Shown in pieces: positions 15,803 through 24,000 of a stretch of 24,000 bases of DNA. The position numbers and the translations under genes are program-made. The notes beneath the pieces are model-generated. The model was not told the origin of the DNA. It ran no database searches and worked only from the letters and a program-made list of their open reading frames with translations. This stretch comes from an archaeon HR01 (GTDB lineage Archaea > Thermoproteota > Nitrososphaeria_A > Caldarchaeales > Caldarchaeaceae): the NCBI GenBank assembly GCA_002898355.1, contig BEHD01000004.1, forward strand, positions 46,540 through 70,539. The letters are read 5' to 3'. How positions within the stretch are numbered: position 1 is the stretch's first letter; each line of letters begins with the position of its first letter.

Positions 15803-16855
15803 ATGAAGTTTGGTTTGGCTTATAGTATCCAGTCGCCAACTAAGGAATGGAGCCAGGCCTACGATAACGTTGTTGAGCAGACGCTACTAGCTGAGCGGCT
15901 AGGGTTTGATTCAGTATTGATAAGCGAGCACCATCTAACTGATGACGGATATTTCCCATCACCCTTGGTTGTAGCCGCCGGGCTATCTAGCGTTACAAGG
16001 CGCATAAGGGTGGGAACAGCGGTTGTTTTAGTCCCTCTCCACCACCCGGTGGAGGTCGCCGAGGCAGCTGCCGTAACCGACGTTATGTCTAGAGGTAGGC
16101 TGATACTAGGACTTGGATTGGGCTATAGGCCTGAAGAATTCAACCTATACAACGTGCCGCGTAGGGAGAGGGGTCCCAGGCTTGAGGAGGGGACTACACT
16201 TATCCGTAGGCTTTTATCAGAGGAGAACGTAACGTTCAGCGGCCGATTCTACAAGGTAAACAAGGTTACACTAACTCCGAGGCCAGTGCAGAGACCGCCG
16301 CCTATATGGATAGCGGCAAAGTTTGAGCCAGCCATAAGAAGGGCGGCTAGAATTGGTGACGCATGGTTTGCAGACCCTGTAACCCCCCTTAAGGTCTTGA
16401 AGGAGCGCAATAACATCTATCTTGACGAGCTTAAGCGGATAGGGAGAGACCCAGCTATGCTAGAGCGCCCACTCTGGCGCGAGGCATATGTAGCTGGCAG
16501 CGATGATGAGGCTTGGGAGGTTGCTAAAGACGGGGTTCTATACATCTATGGCAGGGATTACTTCAGATGGGGTCACCTACAGGACGAGGAAGGAAGAGAG
16601 GTAAACCCTCAAAACACTAGCTTCGAAGAGTTTGCAGAGACCCTGCGAAAACGTTTCATCATACGCGGAGTAGATGGATTCATAGACGAAGTGGAGAAGT
16701 ATAGAAGAGAGATTGGAACAAACTATTTTGTCTTCAGAATATACTTCCCAGGGATGAGGCATGATAAGGCTTTAGACGCCATACGCTTGATAGGAACAAA
16801 GATCATACCTTATTTTGAAGAGGATAAAAAACCTAGCGGAGCCGGCATTCCTTAG
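15803..16855 (+). CDS. LLM-class (luciferase-like) flavin-dependent oxidoreductase
   Basis: MKFGLAYSIQSPTKEWSQAYDNVVEQTLLAERLGFDSVLISEHHLTDD, RIRVGTAVVLVPLHHPVEVAEAAAVTDVMSRGRLILGLGLGYRPEEF. TIM-barrel bacterial luciferase-family motifs. Confidence 0.93.
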   Translation: MKFGLAYSIQSPTKEWSQAYDNVVEQTLLAERLGFDSVLISEHHLTDDGYFPSPLVVAAGLSSVTRRIRVGTAVVLVPLHHPVEVAEAAAVTDVMSRGRLILGLGLGYRPEEFNLYNVPRRERGPRLEEGTTLIRRLLSEENVTFSGRFYKVNKVTLTPRPVQRPPPIWIAAKFEPAIRRAARIGDAWFADPVTPLKVLKERNNIYLDELKRIGRDPAMLERPLWREAYVAGSDDEAWEVAKDGVLYIYGRDYFRWGHLQDEEGREVNPQNTSFEEFAETLRKRFIIRGVDGFIDEVEKYRREIGTNYFVFRIYFPGMRHDKALDAIRLIGTKIIPYFEEDKKPSGAGIP

Positions 16856-16863
16856 CCGTCAAC

Positions 16864-16874
16864 TTTTATTTTTT
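16864..16874 (+). terminator. T-rich tract (ttttatttttt), candidate archaeal terminator after the oxidoreductase block
   Basis: An 11-nt tract with 10 T residues, a few nucleotides downstream of the stop codon of the last gene in the block. Confidence 0.5.
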
Positions 16875-17203
16875 GCCAGCTTATGGAAAGAAGCCGCTTT
16901 ATAGTTGATTCAACGGCCTGTTTCTGTTTTCTAAGCCTTATTGAGGCAGTGTTGGAGCGTGGCAATAGTGCCGACCTCTACAGCAAAGTTTGAGGTAGAT
17001 CTGTTGGTTAAGGGCCTTGGCCTCGATTATGACGGTAGAATTTTGGAGCGTGTTAGGAGGGGGTTGGGACATGTCCATAAATAGACTTCGCCAGAAAGAT
17101 GCGAGAGAATCGCCATGTTTTGTTTCGATTAGGTTATTGCAGAAACCTGCCCTAGCCAGATAGCGAGCAGATGACAGATGGCCACTCTGTATAAGCTGTT
17201 TAT

Positions 17204-17839
17204 ATGGTGGTTTATATTGTGGGGTCCGTCGGCGGCGGACGAGCTGGGATGGGGGACGTGGAGGTCGGCCAGGTCAGGCTTCATGTGGGTGTTGCAGGCT
17301 TCTCGGTGGTGGCTGGGATTGTCTTCACGGTTACAAGCCATTGGGTGGCTCCTCTGGCCTTTGCGGCCGGCGGGCATCTGGGCGTTGCGCTGGTCTACGG
17401 GCTTTGGTTTATGGGTGGGCCGTTGACCGCCTACATTGTGAGGAGGCCTTGGTCGGCCTTCCTCGGGGAGACGGTGGGAGCTATTGTCGAGCTGCTGCTG
17501 GTAAGCCCCTACTCCATCATGCTCTACTACTATGGCCCAGCCCAGGGGATAGTCAGCGAGGCTGTCTTCAGAGCCTTCAGATACAGAAACTTCGGCTACA
17601 AGGCCATGATTCTGGCTGGAGGGCTTCCAGCCCTCGCCGCCTACCCCTTCGACTGCCTAATCTCACCCTTCTACCCTGCCTGCAGGTCTCCCGGATACCC
17701 TCTGGAGCTCCACATCGGCTTGATCGCCGGCATGGCCGTAAGCGGGGCAGTTCTCGCAGGTGTCCTGGTGAAGGTGGTGGTTGACTCGGCTGTTTCCTCG
17801 GGCGCCCTCAGGAGTTGGCCGGTGGCGCGGATGAAGTGA
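17204..17839 (+). CDS. ykoE: ECF transporter S component, YkoE-like (thiamine/HMP precursor)
   Basis: WVAPLAFAAGG, MGGPLTAYIVRRPWSAFLGETVGAIVELLL and GLPALAAYPFD, plus position upstream of fused ATPase, T component and tenA. The start may be GTG 17219 or ATG 17249. Confidence 0.75.
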   Translation: MVVYIVGSVGGGRAGMGDVEVGQVRLHVGVAGFSVVAGIVFTVTSHWVAPLAFAAGGHLGVALVYGLWFMGGPLTAYIVRRPWSAFLGETVGAIVELLLVSPYSIMLYYYGPAQGIVSEAVFRAFRYRNFGYKAMILAGGLPALAAYPFDCLISPFYPACRSPGYPLELHIGLIAGMAVSGAVLAGVLVKVVVDSAVSSGALRSWPVARMK

Positions 17840-19161
17840 TAGTCGGAGACCTCTATGTGAAGGGTCTTAGAGTGGTGGTGGATGGCTTCGTTCTTGGCCC
17901 CCTAACCTTTAGGGTTGGGAGTGGTTCCTGCCTTGGAGTGGTGGGTGGAAACGGCTCAGGGAAAACCCTCTTGGTCAAGGCTTTGGCCGGTCTCATCAGC
18001 CATGAGGGAGAGGTGGCCTTAGGCGGTGTCAAGAAAGATGATGTCTCAAGATTTGAATGGTTTAGGAGGGTTGGGGTTGTTCTGGATGAATACGTCGGGT
18101 TGAGGGTTGCGTCGAACGTGGGCGATGAAGTGGCTTTCACCCTTGAAAACCTCGGCCTCGAGCCGGATAAGACGGCCGAGATGGTGCTGGAAACCCTCAA
18201 GCTTATGAGGATGGAGGAGATGATAACGTATGACGTCAACACGTTGAGCAGCGGTTACGCTGCCAGGCTATCGCTGGCGGCCGCCATGGCCCACAGACCA
18301 GCCCTACTCCTTCTGGATAACCCTCTCAAGCACATAGACCCACCCACAAGACATGAGATAGTGGAACGGCTGGTCGAGATTAAAAAACGTGGGACACGCA
18401 TAGTTGTAACTGCTACACACGCTAAAGACTACTCACCCCTGATAGATGAGGTCATCCACCTCGGCGGCGGGGATGGAGGTCCGTGGGATATGCGTGGTGC
18501 GGGGAGAAATGCCGGGGGTGGCGGGGCTGTTGTGGAGGCTGAAGGCGTCAGCTTCCGCTATGACGGAGTTGAAGCGGTCAAGAACGTGTCGCTTGTCCTA
18601 CGCTCAGGTGTCGTCACGGCCTTGGTTGGGAGGAACGGAGCCGGGAAGACGACACTGGGCAAAATCCTAGCGGGGCTGATAAAACCCAGCAGGGGACGGC
18701 TGAGGCCTGGGAAGGTCAGGGCTGCCTTCATGTCTTCAAACCCGGAAACACAGCTGGTGGGGCGGACGCCTAGGGAGGACATCATGGTAAGCCTCTCAAA
18801 AAAAGGCGGAGACCCCGGTAAAGCCGGTGAGATAGTTGAGGAGTTCGGCTTGGCCGGTGTAGCCGACAAACCCCTCCAAAGCCTCGGTAGGGGGATTAAG
18901 CGTCTGACGGCTCTGCTTTCCCTCTACACCTTGAAGCCAGCCCTCCTAGTCCTGGATGAACCCACCCAAGGCCTCGACTCAGCCCTGTCATCCATGGCCG
19001 CCAAAATCATCACACTGCAGGCGGCTGAGGGCAGGGCGGCCTTAATCATATCCCACGACATCGAGTTCGTGAAGGCTGTGGCTGACAGGGCCCTCGTCAT
19101 GCGTGACGGAGAGGTTGTAGCCGAAACCAGTCCCCAGGAACTTGGTGAGGGGATGCTTTGA
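17836..19161 (+). CDS. ykoD: Duplicated (fused) ECF transporter ATPase, YkoD-like
   Basis: Two ABC domains: Walker A GGNGSGKT with LSSGYAAR...LLLLDNP; Walker A GRNGAGKT with LGRGIKR...LLVLDEPTQGLD. GTG 17836 overlaps the upstream TGA. Confidence 0.88.
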   Translation: MIVGDLYVKGLRVVVDGFVLGPLTFRVGSGSCLGVVGGNGSGKTLLVKALAGLISHEGEVALGGVKKDDVSRFEWFRRVGVVLDEYVGLRVASNVGDEVAFTLENLGLEPDKTAEMVLETLKLMRMEEMITYDVNTLSSGYAARLSLAAAMAHRPALLLLDNPLKHIDPPTRHEIVERLVEIKKRGTRIVVTATHAKDYSPLIDEVIHLGGGDGGPWDMRGAGRNAGGGGAVVEAEGVSFRYDGVEAVKNVSLVLRSGVVTALVGRNGAGKTTLGKILAGLIKPSRGRLRPGKVRAAFMSSNPETQLVGRTPREDIMVSLSKKGGDPGKAGEIVEEFGLAGVADKPLQSLGRGIKRLTALLSLYTLKPALLVLDEPTQGLDSALSSMAAKIITLQAAEGRAALIISHDIEFVKAVADRALVMRDGEVVAETSPQELGEGML

Positions 19162-19829
19162 ACCCCAGAGCGCTGAACCCATCCATCAAACTGGTCTTCC
19201 TCGCATACATCTTCACCCTGGTCAGCCTCCTAAACATGCTGCAGCACCTCCTCTATCTCCTACTCCTCACCCTGGTCCTCGCCCTAGCCTCGCATGTTAA
19301 GCCGTCAGGCCTTTTGAGGGTTTTCGTGGGTGTGGCACCAATGGCCTTTGGACTTGGGTGGTTCAACGCAGCCTTATCCGGTGACATAACATATCTGCCC
19401 ATGGTAGCCCTCAAAATCTACACATTAACCACTGCAACGGCCTACTTCGCCTCCACAACCGACCCGACAACCTTCTTCCACAGCCTCGTTCAAAACCTCC
19501 GGCTCCCCTACAGCTTCAGCCTCCCCCTCTCCCTAGCCTACCTAATCCTGAAAGACCTCCTCACATGGTATGTCGAAGCCGTCCACTCCCTCCGCGGGAG
19601 ATGGATACTGGGGAGTGGCTGGGAGACACCCTTCAAACTGAGGCTGGTGGGTGTGATGCTCCTAAACTATGTCTCAAGCCGTCTCGAGATGCTGGCTGAA
19701 GCCCTTGAGGTGAGATGCTTCACAACAGCGAGAAAACCGTGGAGAAGAGTCGCCGTCACGGGATGGGATTATATCTTCATCACCGTGTTGGTCTCGGCCA
19801 CAGTCCCCGTAATCATCCTCACAGCCTGA
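19158..19829 (+). CDS. ykoC: ECF transporter transmembrane (T) component, YkoC-like
   Basis: Multi-TM protein overlapping the ATPase gene stop by 4 nt; MLAEALEVRCFTTARK resembles an EcfT coupling-helix region. Confidence 0.75.
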   Translation: MNPRALNPSIKLVFLAYIFTLVSLLNMLQHLLYLLLLTLVLALASHVKPSGLLRVFVGVAPMAFGLGWFNAALSGDITYLPMVALKIYTLTTATAYFASTTDPTTFFHSLVQNLRLPYSFSLPLSLAYLILKDLLTWYVEAVHSLRGRWILGSGWETPFKLRLVGVMLLNYVSSRLEMLAEALEVRCFTTARKPWRRVAVTGWDYIFITVLVSATVPVIILTA

Positions 19830-20493
19830 AGGGCCATCCAACCAGGCGGTACGACTCATCCCAGAAGAGATACTCGTAAACCGTTGACAGCCTGAAGAGT
19901 CTCACAGCAGCCCTGGCCTCCGCCTCGGAGATTTTCTCACCATGTCTATCCACCATCTCGACAAGCCCTCTAACATTCCTCTCATACTCTTCCGAGGTGT
20001 AGGTCTCTATCCATCGCCTGTAGGTCTTGTTGGGCGAGCCCTTCTTAACAAGGCTTCTGCCCACCTCGAGGTAGACCCAGAAACAGGGTAGGATGGCTGC
20101 AAGACCCTGGGTGAAGGGCTTGTCGTATGCTGTGGCTGTGAGGAAGTTGGTGTAGGCTGTGTTCACCGGCGACATCGTGAAACGGCCGAGTTCTTCAAGG
20201 GTCAGCCCCCACTCCGAGAAGAGGAACTCGTGGAGGGATTTCCTCTCAAACGAGAGGGCCGCATGGGCGTTGGATAGGAGTGCTAGGGCGTCATCATCCT
20301 GGTCTGCCTTCACACCCACCAGCGCCACAGCCCTTGCGAAAGCGCTTAGGTAGAGGGCGTCCTGGATGATGTAGTGCTTGAAAACATCGATATCTAATCC
20401 ACCCGAGGTCAGGCCTTCTAAAAATGGGTGACGTAGGATACCCTCATAGACATCTCCGATACTCCGCCAGAGCTCAGCGGCGAAAACGGGCAT
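19819..20493 (-). CDS. tenA: TenA-family thiaminase II / aminopyrimidine aminohydrolase
   Basis: HPFLEGLTSGGLDIDVFKHYIIQDALYLSAFARAVALVGVK, MSPVNTAYTNFLTATAYDKPFTQGLAAILPCFWVYLEVGRSL, and WIETYTSEEYERNVRGLVEMVD. Confidence 0.95.
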   Translation of the reverse strand: MPVFAAELWRSIGDVYEGILRHPFLEGLTSGGLDIDVFKHYIIQDALYLSAFARAVALVGVKADQDDDALALLSNAHAALSFERKSLHEFLFSEWGLTLEELGRFTMSPVNTAYTNFLTATAYDKPFTQGLAAILPCFWVYLEVGRSLVKKGSPNKTYRRWIETYTSEEYERNVRGLVEMVDRHGEKISEAEARAAVRLFRLSTVYEYLFWDESYRLVGWPFRL

Positions 20494-20579
20494 AGATGTT
20501 TAAACCTTGGATGCGTATTTAAGGTCTGTTTGGCTGTGGCGGCCGCCATGCCTATAAATCGGCGTGTGTATTATTTGTC

Positions 20580-21785
20580 ATGGTCTTTCCATTTGGCTCT
20601 CTTCTCGATTTTAGGATAAACCTCACAGATGAACATGAGATGTTTAGGAGGTCTGTTAGAGAGTTTGCGGAGAGGGTGTTGGAGCCCCGTGTGAGGGAGA
20701 TTGAACGGTCCAACCGTATCCCGGAGGAGCTGCTCAGGAAGGCTGGTGAGAACGGGTTCACCGGCCTGGGAATACCGCAGGAGTATGGGGGGCAGGGAAC
20801 CGACATAACCTTCAACGCAATATATGTTGAAGAGGTATCACGGATATGTCCAGCCTTCTCGGTGGCCACCCTCGTCCACGAGCTGTTTGTCTATCCTGTC
20901 CTAAGATATGGAACGGAGGAGCAGAGGAGGAGGTATCTCCCGCCGTTGGCAAGGGGTGAGAAACATGCATCCCACGCCACTACAGAGCCCCAGGCGGGTA
21001 GCGATGTGGCCGGGATTGAGACGAGGGGGGTGCGGGAGGGTGATGGATGGGTTCTCAACGGCAGAAAATATTTCATCTCAGGTGCTGACAAGGCCGACTA
21101 CTTCATAGTCTTGGCCAGGACCTCGGAGCCTCCGAGCCGTAAGGAGCGCTGGAAGGGGCTTACCTTCTTCATCGTTGAGAAGGGCACGCCTGGGCTGAGG
21201 CTGGGTGAGAGGATAGAGGTGATGGGGATTAGGGGGAGCCACCCATACGAGGTCTTCCTCGATAACGTCTATGTCCCAGACGATAACAGGGTGGGCGAGG
21301 AAGGACTCGGCTTCAAGATAGCGATGGAGACATACGACTACGGCCGGATAGGTGTGGCGGCCCAAGCCGTAGGAATCTCCCAAGCCTGCCTAGAGAGAAG
21401 CCTCCAATACTCGATACAGAGAAAGGCCTTCGAGAGACCTATCATAGGATTTCAGGCCGTCCAATTCCACATAAGCGACATACTCACAAAGCTGGAGGCT
21501 GCCAGACTGATGCTCTACTGGGCGGCGGCACTGGCCACCAGCAATAGGGCTGAGGCCAGCTTCGCAGCATCTATGGCCAAGCTCTTCGCCACGGAGGCCG
21601 CTGAAAACGCTGCCTTGAAGGCTATAACGATTCACGGCGGGATGGGTGTCGCTGTGGAGGGATGGGTTGAGAGGTTTCTGAGAGATACGCAGATACTCAA
21701 AACCTATGAGGGTGCCAACGATGTCCAGAGGCTGGTGATAATGCGGCAGATGATGAGGCAGGTCTTCGGAATGGAAATTCCCTAA
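20580..21785 (+). CDS. Acyl-CoA dehydrogenase
   Basis: GLGIPQEYGGQGTD, HATTEPQAGSDVAGIETRG, YGRIGVAAQAVGISQACLERSLQYSIQRKAFERPI, and KTYEGANDVQRLVI with the catalytic-type Glu. TATA-like ctataaat near 20551-20558. Confidence 0.96.
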   Translation: MVFPFGSLLDFRINLTDEHEMFRRSVREFAERVLEPRVREIERSNRIPEELLRKAGENGFTGLGIPQEYGGQGTDITFNAIYVEEVSRICPAFSVATLVHELFVYPVLRYGTEEQRRRYLPPLARGEKHASHATTEPQAGSDVAGIETRGVREGDGWVLNGRKYFISGADKADYFIVLARTSEPPSRKERWKGLTFFIVEKGTPGLRLGERIEVMGIRGSHPYEVFLDNVYVPDDNRVGEEGLGFKIAMETYDYGRIGVAAQAVGISQACLERSLQYSIQRKAFERPIIGFQAVQFHISDILTKLEAARLMLYWAAALATSNRAEASFAASMAKLFATEAAENAALKAITIHGGMGVAVEGWVERFLRDTQILKTYEGANDVQRLVIMRQMMRQVFGMEIP

Positions 21786-21861
21786 GTAATACCCTAGATA
21801 TCCAGCCATCAACAGCAATACTTTTAATACTGGATATGGCTATGACACGGTAGAGCCAATT

Positions 21862-22422
21862 ATGCGTGCATCGTTAAGGATGGGACTTGGCGCACTCGCC
21901 TCATTCCTCGTAGTCTTCCTCATGGCTCGCCTCGAATCTAACCCGCAGGCCCTATATCTTGTGATCGCCCAGGTGGTGGGTTCCGGCGTTGCCGCAGGCT
22001 TGTTAAGCCGTGGCGGCGCCCTCGCAGCTCTAGCCTCGGCCGTAGGAGGGCTGGCGGGCCTTATACTCAACATCCGGATAGGGACATACCTGTGGAACCC
22101 CTCACACACCAGCTTGGACCTTATCCCAATCCGCCTCCTCCTCCTGGGCGCGTCAGCCGGGATAGCCGCCGTGATGGGTTATGGTTTCCGCCTCAAACCC
22201 GTGCCTCCGCCTGTTGAGGAGAAAAAAATAGAGACGCCTAGTATGGGCGTGGTGGAGGAGAAGCCGTCTCCTGAGCCTCCCAAGATTGAGGCCCAAGTCG
22301 AAGAGGCCGCCAGGCCTGAATATGTCGAGATTCAGAGCAGGATATGCAAGTTCTGCTACAGCGTGATACCGGCCGAGTCAAGGTTCTGCCCTATGTGCGG
22401 GCAAAAACTGGTGGAGGTTTAG
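21862..22422 (+). CDS. Multi-TM protein with C-terminal zinc ribbon, function unknown
   Basis: Four hydrophobic helices, a Pro/Glu-rich linker, then ICKFCYSVIPAESRFCPMCGQKLVEV (CxxC...CxxC). Confidence 0.75.
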   Translation: MRASLRMGLGALASFLVVFLMARLESNPQALYLVIAQVVGSGVAAGLLSRGGALAALASAVGGLAGLILNIRIGTYLWNPSHTSLDLIPIRLLLLGASAGIAAVMGYGFRLKPVPPPVEEKKIETPSMGVVEEKPSPEPPKIEAQVEEAARPEYVEIQSRICKFCYSVIPAESRFCPMCGQKLVEV

Positions 22423-22447
22423 GGCCTGGACTGGTGGAGATGGGGGA

Positions 22448-24000
22448 ATGCCGCACAACTCCGAGGCGGTTATCGAACTTCTGCCAAAACCTCTTAGGGA
22501 GGCTGTGAGGGAGAGGTTCGGAGCCCTAACAGAGCCTCAGGTGGAGGCTATACCGAAGATACTGGAGGGTAGGAACCTCCTCTTGATGGCTCCCACGGGG
22601 ACTGGGAAGACAGAGGCAGCCCTCATCCCCATCCTCGCCAGAGTTCTCACCGGTGGAGCTGTTCAAGGTGTCAAAATACTCTACATAACACCCCTGAGAG
22701 CCCTCAACAGGGATTTGCTGGAGAGGATTGAGTGGTGGGCCAACAGGGTGGACCTCACGGCCGCCGTCAGACATGGCGACACGGTGGAGAGGGAGCGGAG
22801 GGTCCAAGCCCTCCTACCGCCCAACATACTGATCACGACACCGGAGACGCTCCAGATTCTTCTAACGGCGAAAACCCTGAGACAGCACCTCCGCAGCGTC
22901 GAAGCCGTCATAGTCGACGAAGTCCACGAGCTGGCATCGGATAAGAGGGGTGCACAGCTCTCCGTGGGGCTGGAGAGGCTTGAAAAGATTACGGGTAAGC
23001 CCTTCCAGAGGGTGGGCCTCTCGGCCACAGTGGGTAGCCCGGAGCGTGTGGCATCTTTTCTGGCAGGTGTCGGCAGGGGCGTTGAGGTGGTCAGGGTTCC
23101 CGTCTCCCGCAACCTATCCATAAAGGTGGAGTTTCCCAGGCCCTCGCCTGAAGACCACGAGCTGGCCAGGTATCTCTCCATCCCTGAGGAGGTGGCGGCG
23201 AGGATGAGCCTTATACGGCGTCTGGTGGAAGGCCACGAGTCAACCCTCGTCTTCACCAACACAAGGCCCCTCGCAGAGATACTGACCAACCGGTTCAGGG
23301 CTTGGGATGAGGCCATACCGATAGGCATACATCACGGCTCCCTCTCAAAAACCACGAGGGTTGGGGCGGAGCAGGCCCTCAAAACCGGCGGGCTGATAGG
23401 GGTCATATGCACCTCATCCCTCGAGATGGGCATAGATGTGGGCCGTATAGAGCTGTGCATACAGTATAACTCGCCTAGGGAGGTCACCCGGCTGGTCCAG
23501 AGAATCGGGAGGAGCGGCCACAGGATAGGAGGCCTAGCCAAAGGTGTTGTGATAGTCATGGACTCAGACGACGCATTAGAGAGCCTAGTCATAGCCAGAA
23601 GGGCCTACTCAGACCTTATCGAGGAGGTGGAGGTACCCACCAACTCATTGGATGTGATAGCCCACCAGCTAGCCGGCCTGCTCATAGAATATTTTGAAGT
23701 GGGGACAGCAGACGCCCTAGAGCTCTTCAGAAAATCCTACTGCTTCAAAGACCTCAGCATGGATCAGCTCCTGAGGGTTGCCGACCACTTAACACGGCTG
23801 GGGATAGCCCATCTGACTGTGGACGGCGCCAGAATATCCAGGCCCGAAAGCTCCACACGGCTTTACGAATACTACTTCTCCAACCTCTCCATGATACCTG
23901 AGGAGAAGCAGTATCTGGTGGTGAGAGAGGGTACTGGGGAGCCTGTCGGGATACTGGATGAGGAGTTCGTGGCAGAATACGGCTCCGTGGGTACGAGATT
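22448..24000 (+). CDS. Lhr-like DEAD/DEAH superfamily 2 helicase, partial (runs off window)
   Basis: Hand translation of an open frame absent from the ORF track: LTEPQVEAIPKILEGRNLLLMAPTGTGKTEAALIPIL, ITTPETLQILL, VIVDEVHELASDKRGAQLSVGLERL, GLSATVGSPE, STLVFTNTRPLAEIL, TSSLEMGIDVGRIELCIQYNSPREVTRLVQRIGRSGHR. Confidence 0.92.
   Translation, partial: MPHNSEAVIELLPKPLREAVRERFGALTEPQVEAIPKILEGRNLLLMAPTGTGKTEAALIPILARVLTGGAVQGVKILYITPLRALNRDLLERIEWWANRVDLTAAVRHGDTVERERRVQALLPPNILITTPETLQILLTAKTLRQHLRSVEAVIVDEVHELASDKRGAQLSVGLERLEKITGKPFQRVGLSATVGSPERVASFLAGVGRGVEVVRVPVSRNLSIKVEFPRPSPEDHELARYLSIPEEVAARMSLIRRLVEGHESTLVFTNTRPLAEILTNRFRAWDEAIPIGIHHGSLSKTTRVGAEQALKTGGLIGVICTSSLEMGIDVGRIELCIQYNSPREVTRLVQRIGRSGHRIGGLAKGVVIVMDSDDALESLVIARRAYSDLIEEVEVPTNSLDVIAHQLAGLLIEYFEVGTADALELFRKSYCFKDLSMDQLLRVADHLTRLGIAHLTVDGARISRPESSTRLYEYYFSNLSMIPEEKQYLVVREGTGEPVGILDEEFVAEYGSVGTR

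Noticed and set aside
11845-17150. Classical tRNA-targeted integrative element with att direct repeats
   Set aside because: I looked for a second copy of the tRNA-Asp 3' end (TTCAAATCCCGGCCTGGGC) near 16856-17200 and found none, and no integrase or transposase is encoded in the block. Horizontal origin is retained only as a composition-based inference.
17085-17203. TPP riboswitch upstream of the ykoE-like gene
   Set aside because: No recognisable CUGAGA and ACCUGAUCUGG-type conserved segments in the short leader. A covariance-model search would settle it.
1-24000. CRISPR arrays, transposons, large tandem repeats or defence islands
   Set aside because: Reading through, I saw no repeat-spacer periodicity, terminal inverted repeats with transposase, toxin-antitoxin pairs or defence-type gene families.

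Overview
This 24 kb window is compact archaeal chromosome. Evidence for archaea: TATA-like boxes about 26 bp upstream of starts, a tRNA with an anticodon-loop intron, a C-terminally winged-helix (wHTH)-fused threonine-synthase-like gene, archaetidyl transferase, TldD, a PDCD5-like gene and an Lhr-type helicase. The gene mix looks Aigarchaeota/Thermoproteota-like, but that placement is inference. I read about 22 protein genes, some partial or tentative, and three tRNAs: Cys-GCA, Pro-GGG with a 16-nt intron, and Asp-GTC. The most interesting locus is at the left edge. A threonine-synthase-fold protein has Ile in place of the PLP Schiff-base Lys (NPSGSFIDRG) and carries a C-terminal PadR-like wHTH. 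It is divergent from an ECF-transporter S component, with one near-palindromic TATA element lying about 26 bp from both start codons and an ACCTA-N4-TAGGT inverted repeat beside it. It looks like a metabolite-sensing regulator built from a PLP fold-type II enzyme. Other points of interest are: an AT-richer molybdopterin-hydroxylase (L-M-S order) plus luciferase-like flavoprotein block just downstream of tRNA-Asp; a YkoE/YkoD/YkoC-type ECF transporter with complementary degeneration of its two ATPase sites next to tenA; a small helical ORF interrupted by an in-frame TAG ahead of tldD; and a CoaD-type adenylyltransferase with a putative N-terminal HTH extension.
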